A stretch of 64,000 nucleotides of DNA from Bacteroidota bacterium (GCA_022708105.1 JAKIZI010000003.1:14544-78543); one strand, 5' to 3'; shown: positions 1 to 10,518, counted from the stretch's first letter. Numbers and translations are program-made. The notes: generated from the sequence alone by a model not told the origin.

Positions 1-296
1 TTGTTTATTTCGTGGTGGAAATAATATTTTCTTTCAAATCTAACTGAATATGGAAACTTTTGATCCCATTTTTTCATATAAAAAAAAACTCTTCTCCTCC
101 CTTATTTCAACCATTTTATATATGTAATTTATTGTAATGCAATATGATAAATAGATTTATCCGTTGTTCTTTTTTACTCCAAATTTACATTTTAAAAAGC
201 CGACAAATATACAATTTTATTTTTATAATTCAATGTGGTTTTATAAAAAAAATATTTGATTATTCTTTTTTATCTGATCCAACTTATTCAGGAGGG

Positions 297-746
297 TTAA
301 AGTTGATCTTCATGATACCATTCCGCATAAGAATTATCGGTTTCTTGTAATAAAACTGAATGTAAATGAATGTGTTCGGGTAAAACGGTTTTAATTTTAT
401 TTACAAAATGAATCAGGAGGTTCTCTGTCGTCGGAGGAAAGGGACAAAGTGAAACTTTCTGTCCGATCTTCTCCATCTGTACTGCTACTTCCCGCCCTTC
501 GCCGGTATCTTCAATCACAAATTTGTGATCGTATGGAGTAATGATGGTATCCGTTATCAAATCTTTTAAGATCTTAAAATCAATAACCATGCCGGAATCT
601 TTGTCGGAAATTTTCCCAATTATGGTAACGCGCATCTTATACGAATGACCATGAATCTGACTGCATTTACCGGGATACCCCGTGATGGCATGGGCCATCT
701 CAAATGAAAACTTTTTTGTAATTCTCAACAAAGGGTGTTCTACCAT
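297..746 (-). CDS. queD: 6-carboxy-5,6,7,8-tetrahydropterin synthase (QueD/PTPS family)
   Basis: 149-aa ORF. PTPS-fold signatures FSFEMAHAI and CSQIHGHSYKM. Size typical of QueD. Confidence 0.8.
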   Translation of the reverse strand: MVEHPLLRITKKFSFEMAHAITGYPGKCSQIHGHSYKMRVTIIGKISDKDSGMVIDFKILKDLITDTIITPYDHKFVIEDTGEGREVAVQMEKIGQKVSLCPFPPTTENLLIHFVNKIKTVLPEHIHLHSVLLQETDNSYAEWYHEDQL

Positions 747-1825
747 ATAATGAATTTTTTTATTTCCTTTCTTTCTTTTTCCTCCAAGAAAAGGGTGTAT
801 ACTCCGGATGGAAGTCCTGAAATATTGATTGAAAATTCCGAAGTCCTTTCAATGGAACAGGTCATCACAACACGCCCAACCATGTCTGTAATATGAATTT
901 TTCCGTCTATTACATCTGTAAATAAAAGGGTGATTTTTTCATGCGCCGGATTGGGAAATATTTCCGTAATTCTCGGTTGATAATCGGTAATGTCACTAAC
1001 GATATACGGAGCAAAAATATTAGTTGTGTCGTTGCCCCATAAATAACTTGCCAATTCGGGGTAATCTATGAACGGATTTCGATTGTTCTGGATGGTATAT
1101 ATTTTCTCGTTTCTCGCTATCTCTTTTGCACTTACCGTATCGGCCAAATGCCATTCCATAAATAATGAAAGCGCCCAGGGATCTAAATCTGCTCCTGAAA
1201 AAACAGAAAGACTTGTTTGTCCTAAATTAATGTTTTTGTAACGAACACTCATATAAAAATAGGTTCTCGCTAAATCACCCTTATATTCATCGATGGGTTC
1301 AAAAACAGTCCCTGTATATCCAGGATAACTGCAAGCCCCTAACTTCGAGCCGTTTGTACTTGTCCAATTGGCATTGCTCACTTCTCCAAATGGGAAACTG
1401 CTCCTTTTATTGTTTACCCAACCGTCAGTAGGATAGAGGTGAAATAAATCTGAATACATCGGGTATTGTTCCCCGCCAAACCAACTGTTTGGAATGGAAT
1501 GTTCGCGATTAAAACAGTCGCCTTCCCCGGAATAGTTTCCACATTGGTTGATGGTGAAAAAGTATTCGTAGGCAGGGGTGCTATCCGGGATATCTGAGTA
1601 AATATCCCAAACTTTTCCGTTTGGTTTCGAATCAGTGAGAATAAAGTAGTTCCATAAAGCAGAATATTCCAATATAGTATTATTGTTTATAATCTCGTAC
1701 AATGCCGCTTTTAATTCTTCCCGTTGTTTTCCCACAGCATCATCATAATATCCTCCGTATGGAATTTGTGAGAATATCCATAAGGGAAGTAAACAGATGA
1801 TTAATGTAATAATATTTTTTTTCAT
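740..1825 (-). CDS. secreted endonuclease I family nuclease with T9SS C-terminal sorting domain
   Basis: 361 aa with an N-terminal signal peptide. Endonuclease I-like blocks FNREHSIPNSWF and NPFIDYPE. The last ~80 aa (FPNPAHEKITLLF...GVYTLFL...KKFIIW) look like a T9SS type A CTD. Confidence 0.7.
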   Translation of the reverse strand: MKKNIITLIICLLPLWIFSQIPYGGYYDDAVGKQREELKAALYEIINNNTILEYSALWNYFILTDSKPNGKVWDIYSDIPDSTPAYEYFFTINQCGNYSGEGDCFNREHSIPNSWFGGEQYPMYSDLFHLYPTDGWVNNKRSSFPFGEVSNANWTSTNGSKLGACSYPGYTGTVFEPIDEYKGDLARTYFYMSVRYKNINLGQTSLSVFSGADLDPWALSLFMEWHLADTVSAKEIARNEKIYTIQNNRNPFIDYPELASYLWGNDTTNIFAPYIVSDITDYQPRITEIFPNPAHEKITLLFTDVIDGKIHITDMVGRVVMTCSIERTSEFSINISGLPSGVYTLFLEEKERKEIKKFIIW

Positions 1826-1834
1826 AGTTGTTTT

Positions 1835-2662
1835 TTACTTATGGTGTAATTGATTGAAAATAGTAATGACTTCACGGGCCGCAGCAACATCATGTACTCT
1901 TAATATCGAAGCTCCGTTTTGAAGGGCAACGATATGTAAGGCCGTTGTGCCATTGAGCGACTCTTCGGGACTTATGTTTAGGAGTTTGTAGATCATCGAT
2001 TTCCTTGAAATTCCGACCAATATGGGTAGTCCTAGTGTTTGAAATGCATTTAAATTTTGAAGTAGATGATAGTTGTCTTCCAACGTTTTCCCAAACCCGA
2101 ATCCCGGATCGATGATGATATCGGCTACTCCCGAGTGTGTAAATTTTTCAATTTGTTTTCCAAAAAATTGAAGTAAGTCTGCAATAATATTTGAATAGGT
2201 GGTGTGTTGTTGCATGATTTCTGGTGGGGCAGAAGTGTGCATCATGCAATATGGTACTTGCAACTTGCCCATGGTGGTCGCCATTTCTTCATCGAAAGTG
2301 CTCCCCGAAATGTCGTTGATCATGGCGGCTCCTTCCCCAACGGCCATGTTAGCCACGGAAGCACGCCATGTGTCAACGGAAATCAAAGCTTCTGGAAACG
2401 CTTTTATAATCAGGTTGACAATATGTTTGATGCGTTCCATCTCCATCTCTTCATTCAGTGCCACTGCCCCAGGACGGGTGGACACAGCGCCTAAATCAAT
2501 GATGGTGCCCCCTTCCGTTAAAATTTGTTCCGTCCGTTTCAAAACAGCCCCGTCATCTGTAAATCTGCTGCCCGAATAAAATGAGTCTTCCGTGTAATTA
2601 AGAATTCCCATAATTATCGGTCTCTCTAATGATACTAATTTGCCTTTAAGGTTGAGGTACAT
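1835..2662 (-). CDS. folP: dihydropteroate synthase
   Basis: Pterin-binding motifs GILNYTEDSFYSG, DLGAVSTRPG and DPGFGFGKT. The ORF-track start at 2704 is a TTG that lies inside a TATCTTTG promoter box (2702-2709, minus strand), so ATG 2662 is preferred. Confidence 0.85.
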   Translation of the reverse strand: MYLNLKGKLVSLERPIIMGILNYTEDSFYSGSRFTDDGAVLKRTEQILTEGGTIIDLGAVSTRPGAVALNEEMEMERIKHIVNLIIKAFPEALISVDTWRASVANMAVGEGAAMINDISGSTFDEEMATTMGKLQVPYCMMHTSAPPEIMQQHTTYSNIIADLLQFFGKQIEKFTHSGVADIIIDPGFGFGKTLEDNYHLLQNLNAFQTLGLPILVGISRKSMIYKLLNISPEESLNGTTALHIVALQNGASILRVHDVAAAREVITIFNQLHHK

Positions 2663-2728
2663 TTCTTGAAAATTGAATCGAAAGGTTGATATTTGGAGTG
2701 GCAAAGATATAAAAAATACGCTCTCAGT

Positions 2729-3169
2729 TTATTGTTCCCCTGCCAATCGGGATTGTTTTAAATATATCCACCCATTTACGGCTTGCAGAATGCCAAAAAC
2801 AAAATAAAGCGTTGACATAAAATTCATCGGGAATATATAAAATTGAATGCTTATCCATAACATAAGTATTATTCCACATATCATTCCTGATAAAGCTCCA
2901 TATTTATTATTCTGGAATATTAAAAAAACCGATAATGTATTCGTTAATCCATTAACAATAAGCAAGGATATACCGGGAAATAAAAAATTCTGAAAGAGTA
3001 TTTCAGCAAATGGCAACTTTTGAAGACCAGGAAGCAATTCAACCATTCTAAAAGTAGTTCCTGTAGGTTCGAAAATCATCATAGAAGCACCAAAATAAGC
3101 ACCAATACCAATAAAAAGGCCCCAAAACAACTGTATTTTACGTAATCGTTTCAATGTTAATTGTATCAT
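2729..3169 (-). CDS. small integral membrane protein, function unknown
   Basis: 146 aa with about 4 hydrophobic segments. A TAACTTTG box lies at 3199-3206 (minus strand), 30 nt upstream. Confidence 0.5.
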   Translation of the reverse strand: MIQLTLKRLRKIQLFWGLFIGIGAYFGASMMIFEPTGTTFRMVELLPGLQKLPFAEILFQNFLFPGISLLIVNGLTNTLSVFLIFQNNKYGALSGMICGIILMLWISIQFYIFPMNFMSTLYFVFGILQAVNGWIYLKQSRLAGEQ

Positions 3170-3319
3170 TATCTTTTGTATTGTTAATTTTAATGTCGCA
3201 AAGTTAGAATTATTTTTCTAATCATGATTATCAGAAAAATTGGACTATTTTATTACAATTTTGAGAAAGGACTCTTTTTTTTATGTATTTTTGTCACTTA
3301 TTCTTTACTTTTTTTATCC

Positions 3320-3601
3320 ATGTCACAATATAATATTAATGAATTGATTCAGTCGTTTCTATCGAAAAATAACAAGACGACACTCTTTAAAGAACGAACT
3401 GTTGTGGAGATCTGGCATCATGTGATGGGCGATTTTATTGCCAAACAGACGCGCTCCGTATCAATGAAAAATGGAATTTTATATGTGAGTCTCACCAATG
3501 CCTCTTTGAGATTTGAATTGATGGGAATGCGAAGTGCCCTGATTGATAAGCTTAATGAGGAAGTGGGACTTCCCGTGGTAAAGGATATTATTGTTCGTTA
3601 A
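3320..3601 (+). CDS. DUF721 (DciA-like) family protein
   Basis: C-terminal 93 aa of the 3224..3601 ORF. A TATTTTTG box at 3286-3293 lies inside the longer ORF, so ATG 3320 is preferred. NGILYVSLTNASLRFELMGMR is typical of DUF721. Confidence 0.6.
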   Translation: MSQYNINELIQSFLSKNNKTTLFKERTVVEIWHHVMGDFIAKQTRSVSMKNGILYVSLTNASLRFELMGMRSALIDKLNEEVGLPVVKDIIVR

Positions 3602-3604
3602 TTT

Positions 3605-4672
3605 GTGATTATGAACCCATCTCAATATCCCGTTTTAGGAATGATGTCTGGAACATCGCTTGATGGACTGGACATGGCGTTGTGTCTTTTCAGTAAAGAA
3701 GACAACCGGTGGCACTATATGGTCGAAAAGGCGGAGACGGTTGCTTATCCAACGATTTTACGTTCGAAACTTTCCAGGGCAACCGAATTGTCGGGCTGGG
3801 AACTGACACGTCTCGACATTGATTTGGGAAACTTTATGGCCGATGCCGTGAATATCTTCTTGAAAACAACAACCTGCAAACCACTGTTGCTCGCCTCTCA
3901 CGGGCATACGGTGTTTCACCGCCCGGACTTGGGAATCACGACTCAGATTGGAAATGGTGCTGTATTGGCTGCCAAAACCGGAATCAGAACCGTTTGTGAT
4001 TTTAGATCTATGGATGTGGCACTTGGAGGACAAGGGGCGCCGTTGGTGCCGATTGGGGATCAATTGTTATTCGGAAATTACGACTTCTGTCTCAACCTTG
4101 GCGGTTTTTGTAATATCTCTTACAACGAAAACGGACAACGAAGGGCTTTCGATATTGCTCCGTGCAATATGGCGCTGAATACGCTGGCAGAACAGAAAGG
4201 GGCTCCGTATGATGCCGATGGCAAATGGGCTCGCATCGGAAACCGCCATGTTGCACTATGGAATGAACTCAATCAATTGGAATATTACAGAAAAGAGGGA
4301 ACGGCCAAATCATTGGGAAAAGAGTGGTATGATTCTCATTTTGCCCCTCTCTTGGAGAAAAATAACTGTTCCGAAGATGATAAATTGAGAACCGTAACCG
4401 AACATATTGCGTTTCAAATAGGAAAAGTGCTGGAGGTACATGCCGGAGCGCAGGTATTGCTCACCGGCGGCGGTGCCCTGAATACATTCCTTGTCGAATC
4501 TATTCAAAAAGAAACTTCTAAACAAGTGGTGGTACCCGACCTCGAAACCGTCAATTTTAAAGAGGCCATTATTTTTGCGTTTCTCGGGTTGCTTCGCCGA
4601 AACGATGAAATCAACGTGCTCCAATCGGTTACCGGAGCCCGCCAAGATTGCAGCAGCGGTGCTGTATATTAA
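3605..4672 (+). CDS. anmK: anhydro-N-acetylmuramic acid kinase
   Basis: N-terminal GMMSGTSLDGLD motif. 355 aa with ASKHA-fold glycine motifs (LTGGGALN). The start could be GTG 3605 or ATG 3611. Confidence 0.85.
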   Translation: MIMNPSQYPVLGMMSGTSLDGLDMALCLFSKEDNRWHYMVEKAETVAYPTILRSKLSRATELSGWELTRLDIDLGNFMADAVNIFLKTTTCKPLLLASHGHTVFHRPDLGITTQIGNGAVLAAKTGIRTVCDFRSMDVALGGQGAPLVPIGDQLLFGNYDFCLNLGGFCNISYNENGQRRAFDIAPCNMALNTLAEQKGAPYDADGKWARIGNRHVALWNELNQLEYYRKEGTAKSLGKEWYDSHFAPLLEKNNCSEDDKLRTVTEHIAFQIGKVLEVHAGAQVLLTGGGALNTFLVESIQKETSKQVVVPDLETVNFKEAIIFAFLGLLRRNDEINVLQSVTGARQDCSSGAVY

Positions 4673-4693
4673 TAAATAAAAACTTATTTTTGC

Positions 4694-6748
4694 TTATTTA
4701 CTCAATTGTTCCACGGCCTGATCTGTGGCCTGCAGCAACGGAGTGCAGGACAACTCACTGCCCACGGCTTTTTTCAACCAGAATTGAGGTGTTAATCTTC
4801 CCAAAGCAAAGATTCTCGCAACCTCTGTTCCGAAGTCTTTCCCTTTGAAATGATTATTCAATTGATAATGGATGAGATATCCTAAAGGATAGGCCGAAAG
4901 ATACAGCGGTGCATCAATGCTGTGGGAATAGATGGCCAATATGGTTTGGTCTTTAATGCCGAAAACCGGAGCATAATATTCATTCCAAATCTCTTTTGAA
5001 AGTTCAATCACGGCCTCTTTTAAATCGTTGGCGGTGGCGTTCGGATGGTCATACATCCATTGCCATACTTTCATATCCAACAGAGAAACGCCCATAATCT
5101 CATAACAACTCCAAAAAATATCCAATGTATTCAAATATTCCGAGGTTTTGTCTTCCTGTGTTAACCCTAAAAGTTCCAAATCCTTAGATTGAAAAATAAA
5201 GGCCAATGCTTCGGTAAATGCGGTATTTGGAACACCGGCAAGCATATAGTTGGGAACATTATGCAGCGAAATAGTTTGTTCTACGTTATGTCCGAATTCA
5301 TGAACCCCAATATTATAACCCTTATAATCCATGCCATTTTCCCCAATTCGGGTGCGCAACATAGCATTATCACTTTTCATCTTCGATTCCCACGCATGAC
5401 CTGCCCCGACAGAGGCATCAACAGTTACATGATCGGTGATAAATGCAGCTATTTCTTTTGTAAATCCAAGTTTTATAAGTATATTGGGCAAATCGGCTGC
5501 AAACGTTTCCTTCGTGGGATATTTCGTACTCACGATTCGGTCTAATTGCTCCGGCGCAATTTCACTCCGTCCCTTAAAGCCGTCATACCAGATATCAAAA
5601 GGTCTCAGTTTCCTTCCTAATCGTTGCTCAATAAGAGCACCGACTTTTTTTACCTGCGGCGATGACACCAACTCTTTAAACAGAGCTTCTGTCTCTTTTT
5701 GCGATATTTCAAACTCTTCATCAAATTTACGGGAAATATAGGTCGGATAGGTATAATAGTACTTATCGGCGGCCTTCATGGCTTTGTAAATGTTCAACAG
5801 ATGATGGTACCGGTTATTCTCTTCCGGAGTGCTTTTCTGAACCTGATGATTCAAGTAGAGTTTATTGGATACCGGCTCCCAGATATAACTGTTTTTGTCA
5901 ATCACTTCCGTGGGAATGGTTTGGTCTATGATACGTTGCATCACGGAGTAAATCAATTCCTGTTTGCGCAGTCCATTTGCCTTATCGGCATAGTTCGACT
6001 TCAGTTCATCGCGGAGTCCCCAATGCGAAATGAGCTTCATCTCTTTGGGAAACAGTGTGTCCATTTTTTCATTTACCAGCATCCCCATATGTATATTGTA
6101 ATTGGAAATATAATGGTCTGCAGCGGCAGTGGCATTATTGATTTCCTGAAGATATTGGGCAGGAACACGATCGGTAAAAAGGTCGCCGAGTCTTGCATAG
6201 CCCCATTCCAACTCGCTCCAGTTGTCGCTGTGTTGATTTTTCTCTTCCAAAGAATAAAACGGGAAATTAAGGGTAATGACAAAAGCAATTTTATTCGAAA
6301 ACATATCTTCCCCGAAATGAGACAATCCGTCGTACGCACCAAATTGTTCGTCAATGGGTAGGGTTTCGTAGCCCGTCACATGCAAAGGTCGCAACAACTC
6401 AATAGAGATGCGGTTGTGGTGTCCGAATATGGTCTCGAGGTGTGTGCTAATCCTCGTGAACAGCAACTCTTTTTCTTCTTGATTGGCACAAAAATTCTTT
6501 AAACAAAAAGCGGTGAACTCCTCTTTACTGCCATCCTCTTTTGTCCAAAGACCGGCTGTTCCGCGAACCCCGCGAACAATCAAATCCTGCTCCAGTTTTG
6601 TCGATTTCGCTATTTGGTCTATAGTATTTTGTATGGTAGTATTGTCAATATACGTGGGGGTAACATGCGAAGATTTACAGGCAATCATAAGGCAAATACT
6701 TAAAATAGATAATACAAACAGCGGGGATTTTTTCATGACAGAAAACAT
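4694..6748 (-). CDS. putative zinc metallopeptidase lipoprotein (HEFGH motif)
   Basis: 684 aa. Lipoprotein-type signal (LSICLMIACKSS). A single HExxH motif (GVHEFGHNVEQ). The family cannot be assigned by eye. Confidence 0.5.
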   Translation of the reverse strand: MFSVMKKSPLFVLSILSICLMIACKSSHVTPTYIDNTTIQNTIDQIAKSTKLEQDLIVRGVRGTAGLWTKEDGSKEEFTAFCLKNFCANQEEKELLFTRISTHLETIFGHHNRISIELLRPLHVTGYETLPIDEQFGAYDGLSHFGEDMFSNKIAFVITLNFPFYSLEEKNQHSDNWSELEWGYARLGDLFTDRVPAQYLQEINNATAAADHYISNYNIHMGMLVNEKMDTLFPKEMKLISHWGLRDELKSNYADKANGLRKQELIYSVMQRIIDQTIPTEVIDKNSYIWEPVSNKLYLNHQVQKSTPEENNRYHHLLNIYKAMKAADKYYYTYPTYISRKFDEEFEISQKETEALFKELVSSPQVKKVGALIEQRLGRKLRPFDIWYDGFKGRSEIAPEQLDRIVSTKYPTKETFAADLPNILIKLGFTKEIAAFITDHVTVDASVGAGHAWESKMKSDNAMLRTRIGENGMDYKGYNIGVHEFGHNVEQTISLHNVPNYMLAGVPNTAFTEALAFIFQSKDLELLGLTQEDKTSEYLNTLDIFWSCYEIMGVSLLDMKVWQWMYDHPNATANDLKEAVIELSKEIWNEYYAPVFGIKDQTILAIYSHSIDAPLYLSAYPLGYLIHYQLNNHFKGKDFGTEVARIFALGRLTPQFWLKKAVGSELSCTPLLQATDQAVEQLSK

Positions 6749-6934
6749 TTATTTGAGGTTCCATTAAAAATTTTTATTAAACTATAACATTGGTTTTCTG
6801 AATGTTATAACGCTAATTTCAGACCGGCGCAGTTATAATTATGGCGGCAAATATACAATATTATTTTATAAAGAGCTTTCACCTATCGCTTTTTCGCCCT
6901 GGGAAAAAACAGAGATGCTTTACAAACGAGACGT

Positions 6935-7627
6935 TTAATAATCAAATTTATAAGTAATTCCAAGATAATAGGCGTTATCCGGAGCCGCAGTCATTAATTC
7001 ATTGTCTGCCCTCAGATAAAAAATCAAACTATGTTTCTCCGCTACTTCATATTCAACGCCTAATTTGGTACGAATGGATTCGATTCCGTTTTTTTCGGGT
7101 TGGTTGAGGGTAAGAAAAAGATCTCCGGAAATAAACAAACTGAGCGGAACTTTTTCAAAGCTGTACGTAAGTTCTACTTTATTTCGGAACATCATTTCAG
7201 GGTTAGGAACAATTTCTTCCTTTTTTGGGAAAAAAGTGTTTTGATAACGTGCACGATAACTTATCTCAAATTGATTGATTTTCTCTTTATAGGTCAAATT
7301 TACATTTACACGATAGCGATTATCAAAAGTATTGTTTTCAGACATATCATTAATGAAATAAAATGCTCCTCCTATTTCCAGTCTCGGTTTCCAAAAAATA
7401 TATCCTATATCGACTTTAGTAGCCAAACGATCCAATCTTGTTCCGTATTGGTTAAGGCGAATCTCTTCTTTAAGCGAAAATTCCCATCGTTCCTTAACTT
7501 CAATCCCGGCTTCTCCCATGATAATAAATCCCATATCTGATGATTGTGCATATCCTTTATAAAAACTTATGAAGAATAGAAGGATAAAGATTCCGATTCG
7601 GTTGATGTTATGTATTCTTGTCTTCAT
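6935..7627 (-). CDS. outer-membrane beta-barrel-like protein (DUF2490-like)
   Basis: Signal peptide ending YAQ. Alternating beta-strand pattern with a C-terminal aromatic residue (YKFDY). ATG 7627 is preferred over the TTG at 7669. Confidence 0.45.
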   Translation of the reverse strand: MKTRIHNINRIGIFILLFFISFYKGYAQSSDMGFIIMGEAGIEVKERWEFSLKEEIRLNQYGTRLDRLATKVDIGYIFWKPRLEIGGAFYFINDMSENNTFDNRYRVNVNLTYKEKINQFEISYRARYQNTFFPKKEEIVPNPEMMFRNKVELTYSFEKVPLSLFISGDLFLTLNQPEKNGIESIRTKLGVEYEVAEKHSLIFYLRADNELMTAAPDNAYYLGITYKFDY

Positions 7628-7678
7628 TATTTTGTTATTAATTAGTTTTATAATGCAAAAAAACAACAAGAAACTGAA

Positions 7679-8320
7679 CTAAAACTGAAATTCTAAATGG
7701 AACCACTCTAAATAGTCTGTTAGAAATTGCAAACCGGATGCTTTTAATTCATGATAGATTGGATTTTCAAGATAGTTGGAATCAAAACAAAGAAGATAGA
7801 TATCTGTTAAACAATCCAATTTTTTAAGAAGTTGAAATTCTTGACAGATTACCTCCTCCGGTTCTCTTTTTTTTAAAAGGATTTCATTATAAATATATAG
7901 CGTATAACTATTTGCGGAAACAGATAAATCAGGCAGAAAATCAAATGGGTCTATTTCGTTATTTTGGGCATTTTGAATATTAAGGGTATCGGAAAGCAAC
8001 TTCTGAGTGTTTTGCTCTTCTGCAATCAGAGAGAGTTCATAGTACAATTTATCCACTTTTAATTTGTCTGTTGCCAGTACTCGTGCTCGATTGTATAGAA
8101 AAAGATAAATTTTAATCTTCTCCGGAAGTTTAAATGCTTGGACTATCTTTTGTTCTTGCCGATACAATGTAATCTGATATGATTCATCATAGATGGAGAA
8201 ATTTGCATTTTTTTGATGTTCAATCAATTGAAAATAATATGCCAATAAATTTCGAATACTATTTTGGTATAAAGACTCCATGCTTTTGGTTTGACGCTTG
8301 TAATACGCAAAAGGGAGCAA
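7679..8320 (-). CDS. hypothetical protein
   Basis: 213-aa ORF with AT-rich codon usage consistent with its neighbours. No recognisable motif. Start uncertain. Confidence 0.4.
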   Translation of the reverse strand: MLPFAYYKRQTKSMESLYQNSIRNLLAYYFQLIEHQKNANFSIYDESYQITLYRQEQKIVQAFKLPEKIKIYLFLYNRARVLATDKLKVDKLYYELSLIAEEQNTQKLLSDTLNIQNAQNNEIDPFDFLPDLSVSANSYTLYIYNEILLKKREPEEVICQEFQLLKKLDCLTDIYLLCFDSNYLENPIYHELKASGLQFLTDYLEWFHLEFQF

Positions 8321-8338
8321 AAAGTTACAGAAAAGAGA

Positions 8339-9250
8339 TTATTTTTTACTGGCAAAAAAGAGAAAATCTTTTTCTTCTTTGGAGAGCGCTTCGTAGCCGT
8401 ATTTGGAAATTTTGTCCAAAATGGTATCAATTTTCATTTCTTTTTCTTTTTTACGAGTATTGTATTCTTCATCGGAAATAGGTCTGTCTGAAGATGAGGT
8501 GTAGGAAGTATAAAATTTTTGTTTTTTCTTTTTCTTCTTTATTTTAGATGGTTGAAAAAGAAGCAATGAACTATATATAGCTCCATACATAGCCCCACCG
8601 AGATGGGCAATATGCCCGCCGGCATTTCCTCCTGGAATGCTTATTAAGTCTAAAAGAACAAAAATGAGCATAATCCATTGTAGTTTTATTTTGCCGATAA
8701 GGAAGAGAAATAATTCATGCCGGGGACGGTAAACAGTAATTGCGGCTAAAATAGCCATGATACTCCCCGAAGCTCCCATAGCCATCGAATCCGGTAATGC
8801 CTCTTGAAATACAGGAAATGTTTGATAAGCAATTTGATAAAGAAGATTACCGGCGATTCCACCTATAAGATAGGTGAGGATTAATTTTTTTTCGTTAAGA
8901 TATTGATTAAAAATTCTCCCCGCAACAACAAGCATAAGCATATTGAACAAAAGATGCCAAAAACTGATGTGGAAAAATAGAGATGTAACGATAGACCATG
9001 GTTGAGAAATAAAGGTTTCAAAGGATGCCGGAACCGACAAAAGCTGAATCACTCTGTTCATAACCACTTCATTAATATTGCTGTTCATCAGAAAAGCAAT
9101 CAAGGACATAATTCCACGGAAGAGAAGATCGCTTATATAAACGCCAATATTAATAATTACCAGTAAGTTAAGAGCAGAACGCCTCTGAAAGAACTCTTTC
9201 AGAATCATTCTAAAATTGGGCGTTTGAAAAAGAGGATTTCTGGCAAACAT
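8339..9250 (-). CDS. rhomboid family intramembrane serine protease
   Basis: Catalytic GASGSIMAIL and HLGGAMYG motifs. Multi-TM. Lys-rich linker and a C-terminal ILDKISKYGYEALSKEEKDFL tail. Confidence 0.8.
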   Translation of the reverse strand: MFARNPLFQTPNFRMILKEFFQRRSALNLLVIINIGVYISDLLFRGIMSLIAFLMNSNINEVVMNRVIQLLSVPASFETFISQPWSIVTSLFFHISFWHLLFNMLMLVVAGRIFNQYLNEKKLILTYLIGGIAGNLLYQIAYQTFPVFQEALPDSMAMGASGSIMAILAAITVYRPRHELFLFLIGKIKLQWIMLIFVLLDLISIPGGNAGGHIAHLGGAMYGAIYSSLLLFQPSKIKKKKKKQKFYTSYTSSSDRPISDEEYNTRKKEKEMKIDTILDKISKYGYEALSKEEKDFLFFASKK

Positions 9251-9261
9251 CTTAAAGAAAA

Positions 9262-10131
9262 TTAGTAATAGCGGTATTGATTGCGATTCAGACGATCATG
9301 TCTTCGCCATATCAAGATAAGGATGATCCCAAAGAGCATTCCTCCGAGATGCGCAAAATGGGCAACTCCATCTGCGGAACCGGTAACACCGTAAAAGAGT
9401 TCAAGTGCTCCGTAAGCAATGACAAACCATTTTGCCTTGATGGGGAAAAGAAAATAAAGGTAGATGCGGGAGTTGGGGAACATCATTCCAAAAGCCAATA
9501 ATAAGCCGAATACAGAGCCGGAAGCACCGATAACATTATAAGAATTTAAGTAATATTCTTTATATTCTGTGATGAATGAATGAGCATAATCTTGATATAC
9601 AGAATTTGCAGGATTGAGTTGCCAAAGTCTGAAATGTTCTTCAAAATTGAGAAATTGAGTGTATATTTCACCGGAATAAGGGGCAATATGAAACTGATGT
9701 TGATCTGTAAGCAGGATTAAATTTTGCAAGACGGGTTCATTCAGAAATTGATTGATTAATGTTAATTCACTACTGATTTGGAAAAAGATGATGATGTAAT
9801 GGATTAAAGCAGCTCCGATTCCGGTAATTAAATAATAGATTAAAAATCGTTTTCCTCCCCAAACATTCTCAATGGTCGAACCAAACATCCAAAGTGCAAA
9901 CATGTTAAAGAAAAGATGCCCAAAGTCCCCATGCATAAACATGTATGAGATGATTTGCCAAGGGTGAAAATCTCCGGCACCAAAATAATGTAATCCCAAT
10001 ATAGCATCCAAATCAATGCCCATATTAGCCAAAACAAATTTAGCCAAAAAAAATAACCCGTTAATAATCAATAGATTTTTTACAACAGGAGGAAGGATAT
10101 TAAAACGATTAACTCTGATTTCGTCGGACAT
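9262..10131 (-). CDS. rhomboid family intramembrane serine protease
   Basis: GASGSVFGLL and AHLGGMLFG catalytic motifs. Second rhomboid gene in tandem. Confidence 0.8.
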   Translation of the reverse strand: MSDEIRVNRFNILPPVVKNLLIINGLFFLAKFVLANMGIDLDAILGLHYFGAGDFHPWQIISYMFMHGDFGHLFFNMFALWMFGSTIENVWGGKRFLIYYLITGIGAALIHYIIIFFQISSELTLINQFLNEPVLQNLILLTDQHQFHIAPYSGEIYTQFLNFEEHFRLWQLNPANSVYQDYAHSFITEYKEYYLNSYNVIGASGSVFGLLLAFGMMFPNSRIYLYFLFPIKAKWFVIAYGALELFYGVTGSADGVAHFAHLGGMLFGIILILIWRRHDRLNRNQYRYY

Positions 10132-10182
10132 ATTATTGGTTTACAATTTGATGGAGATATATCATTTCATCAAAAAATGTCT

Positions 10183-10210
10183 AAAAAAAAACGCCGTTTG
10201 ATAGGCGTTT
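10183..10210 (-). terminator. rho-independent terminator after the tRNA cluster
   Basis: Stem aacgcc/ggcgtt (10190-10195 and 10204-10209), followed on the minus strand by a run of 8 T. Confidence 0.55.
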
Positions 10211-10212
10211 TG

Positions 10213-10285
10213 AGCGGAAGACGGGTCTCGAACCCGCTACCTACAGCTTGGAAGGCTGTCGCTCTACCAAATGAGCTACTTCCGC
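10213..10285 (-). tRNA. tRNA-Gly (anticodon UCC)
   Basis: The reverse complement folds as a cloverleaf: acceptor GCGGAAG/CTTCCGC, D arm GCTC..GAGC, anticodon loop CTTCCAA, T loop TTCGAGA. 73 nt. Confidence 0.9.
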
Positions 10286-10298
10286 TTAAGGAAGAATG

Positions 10299-10380
10299 TG
10301 GGAGGGGGAGGATTCGAACCTCCGAAGGCTTCGCCAACAGATTTACAGTCTGCCCCATTTGACCGCTCTGGTACCCTCCC
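10299..10380 (-). tRNA. tRNA-Tyr (anticodon GUA), long variable arm
   Basis: Reverse complement GGGAGGGTACCAGAGCGG...CTGTAAATC...GGAGGTTCGAATCCTCCCCCTCCCA. 82 nt, class II variable arm. Confidence 0.9.
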
Positions 10381-10386
10381 AACTAT

Positions 10387-10463
10387 TGGAGCCGGTAGAC
10401 GGATTCGAACCGCCGACCAGCTGATTACAAATCAGCTGCTCTGGCCAACTGAGCTACACCGGC
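10387..10463 (-). tRNA. tRNA-Thr (anticodon UGU), CCA encoded
   Basis: Reverse complement GCCGGTGTAGCTCAGTTGG...anticodon loop TTTGTAA...GGTTCGAATCC...TACCGGCTCCA. Confidence 0.9.
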
Positions 10464-10518
10464 TTGTAAAATAGTTCTTCAGTTTTCAAATAACGTGTTG
10501 AACTTGAAATTCAGGCTG

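Noticed and set aside
1-77. Possible 5' end of a minus-strand gene (MKKWDQKFPYSVRFERKYYFHHEIN...) running off the left edge.
   Set aside because: Only 25 codons are visible and there is no recognisable motif. This is too little to call.
5699-6361. Long antisense ORFs inside large genes. Examples are 5699-6361, 50410-50949, 62177-62614, 63566-63937, 34426-34908 and 58744-59109.
   Set aside because: These are shadow frames opposite well-supported conserved genes. Their composition is low-complexity or Phe/Ile/Asn-rich, and they have no motifs.
10170-10474. ORFs of 61-70 aa overlapping the tRNA cluster.
   Set aside because: They are fully explained by the three tRNA genes. GC-rich tRNA sequence gives spurious open frames.
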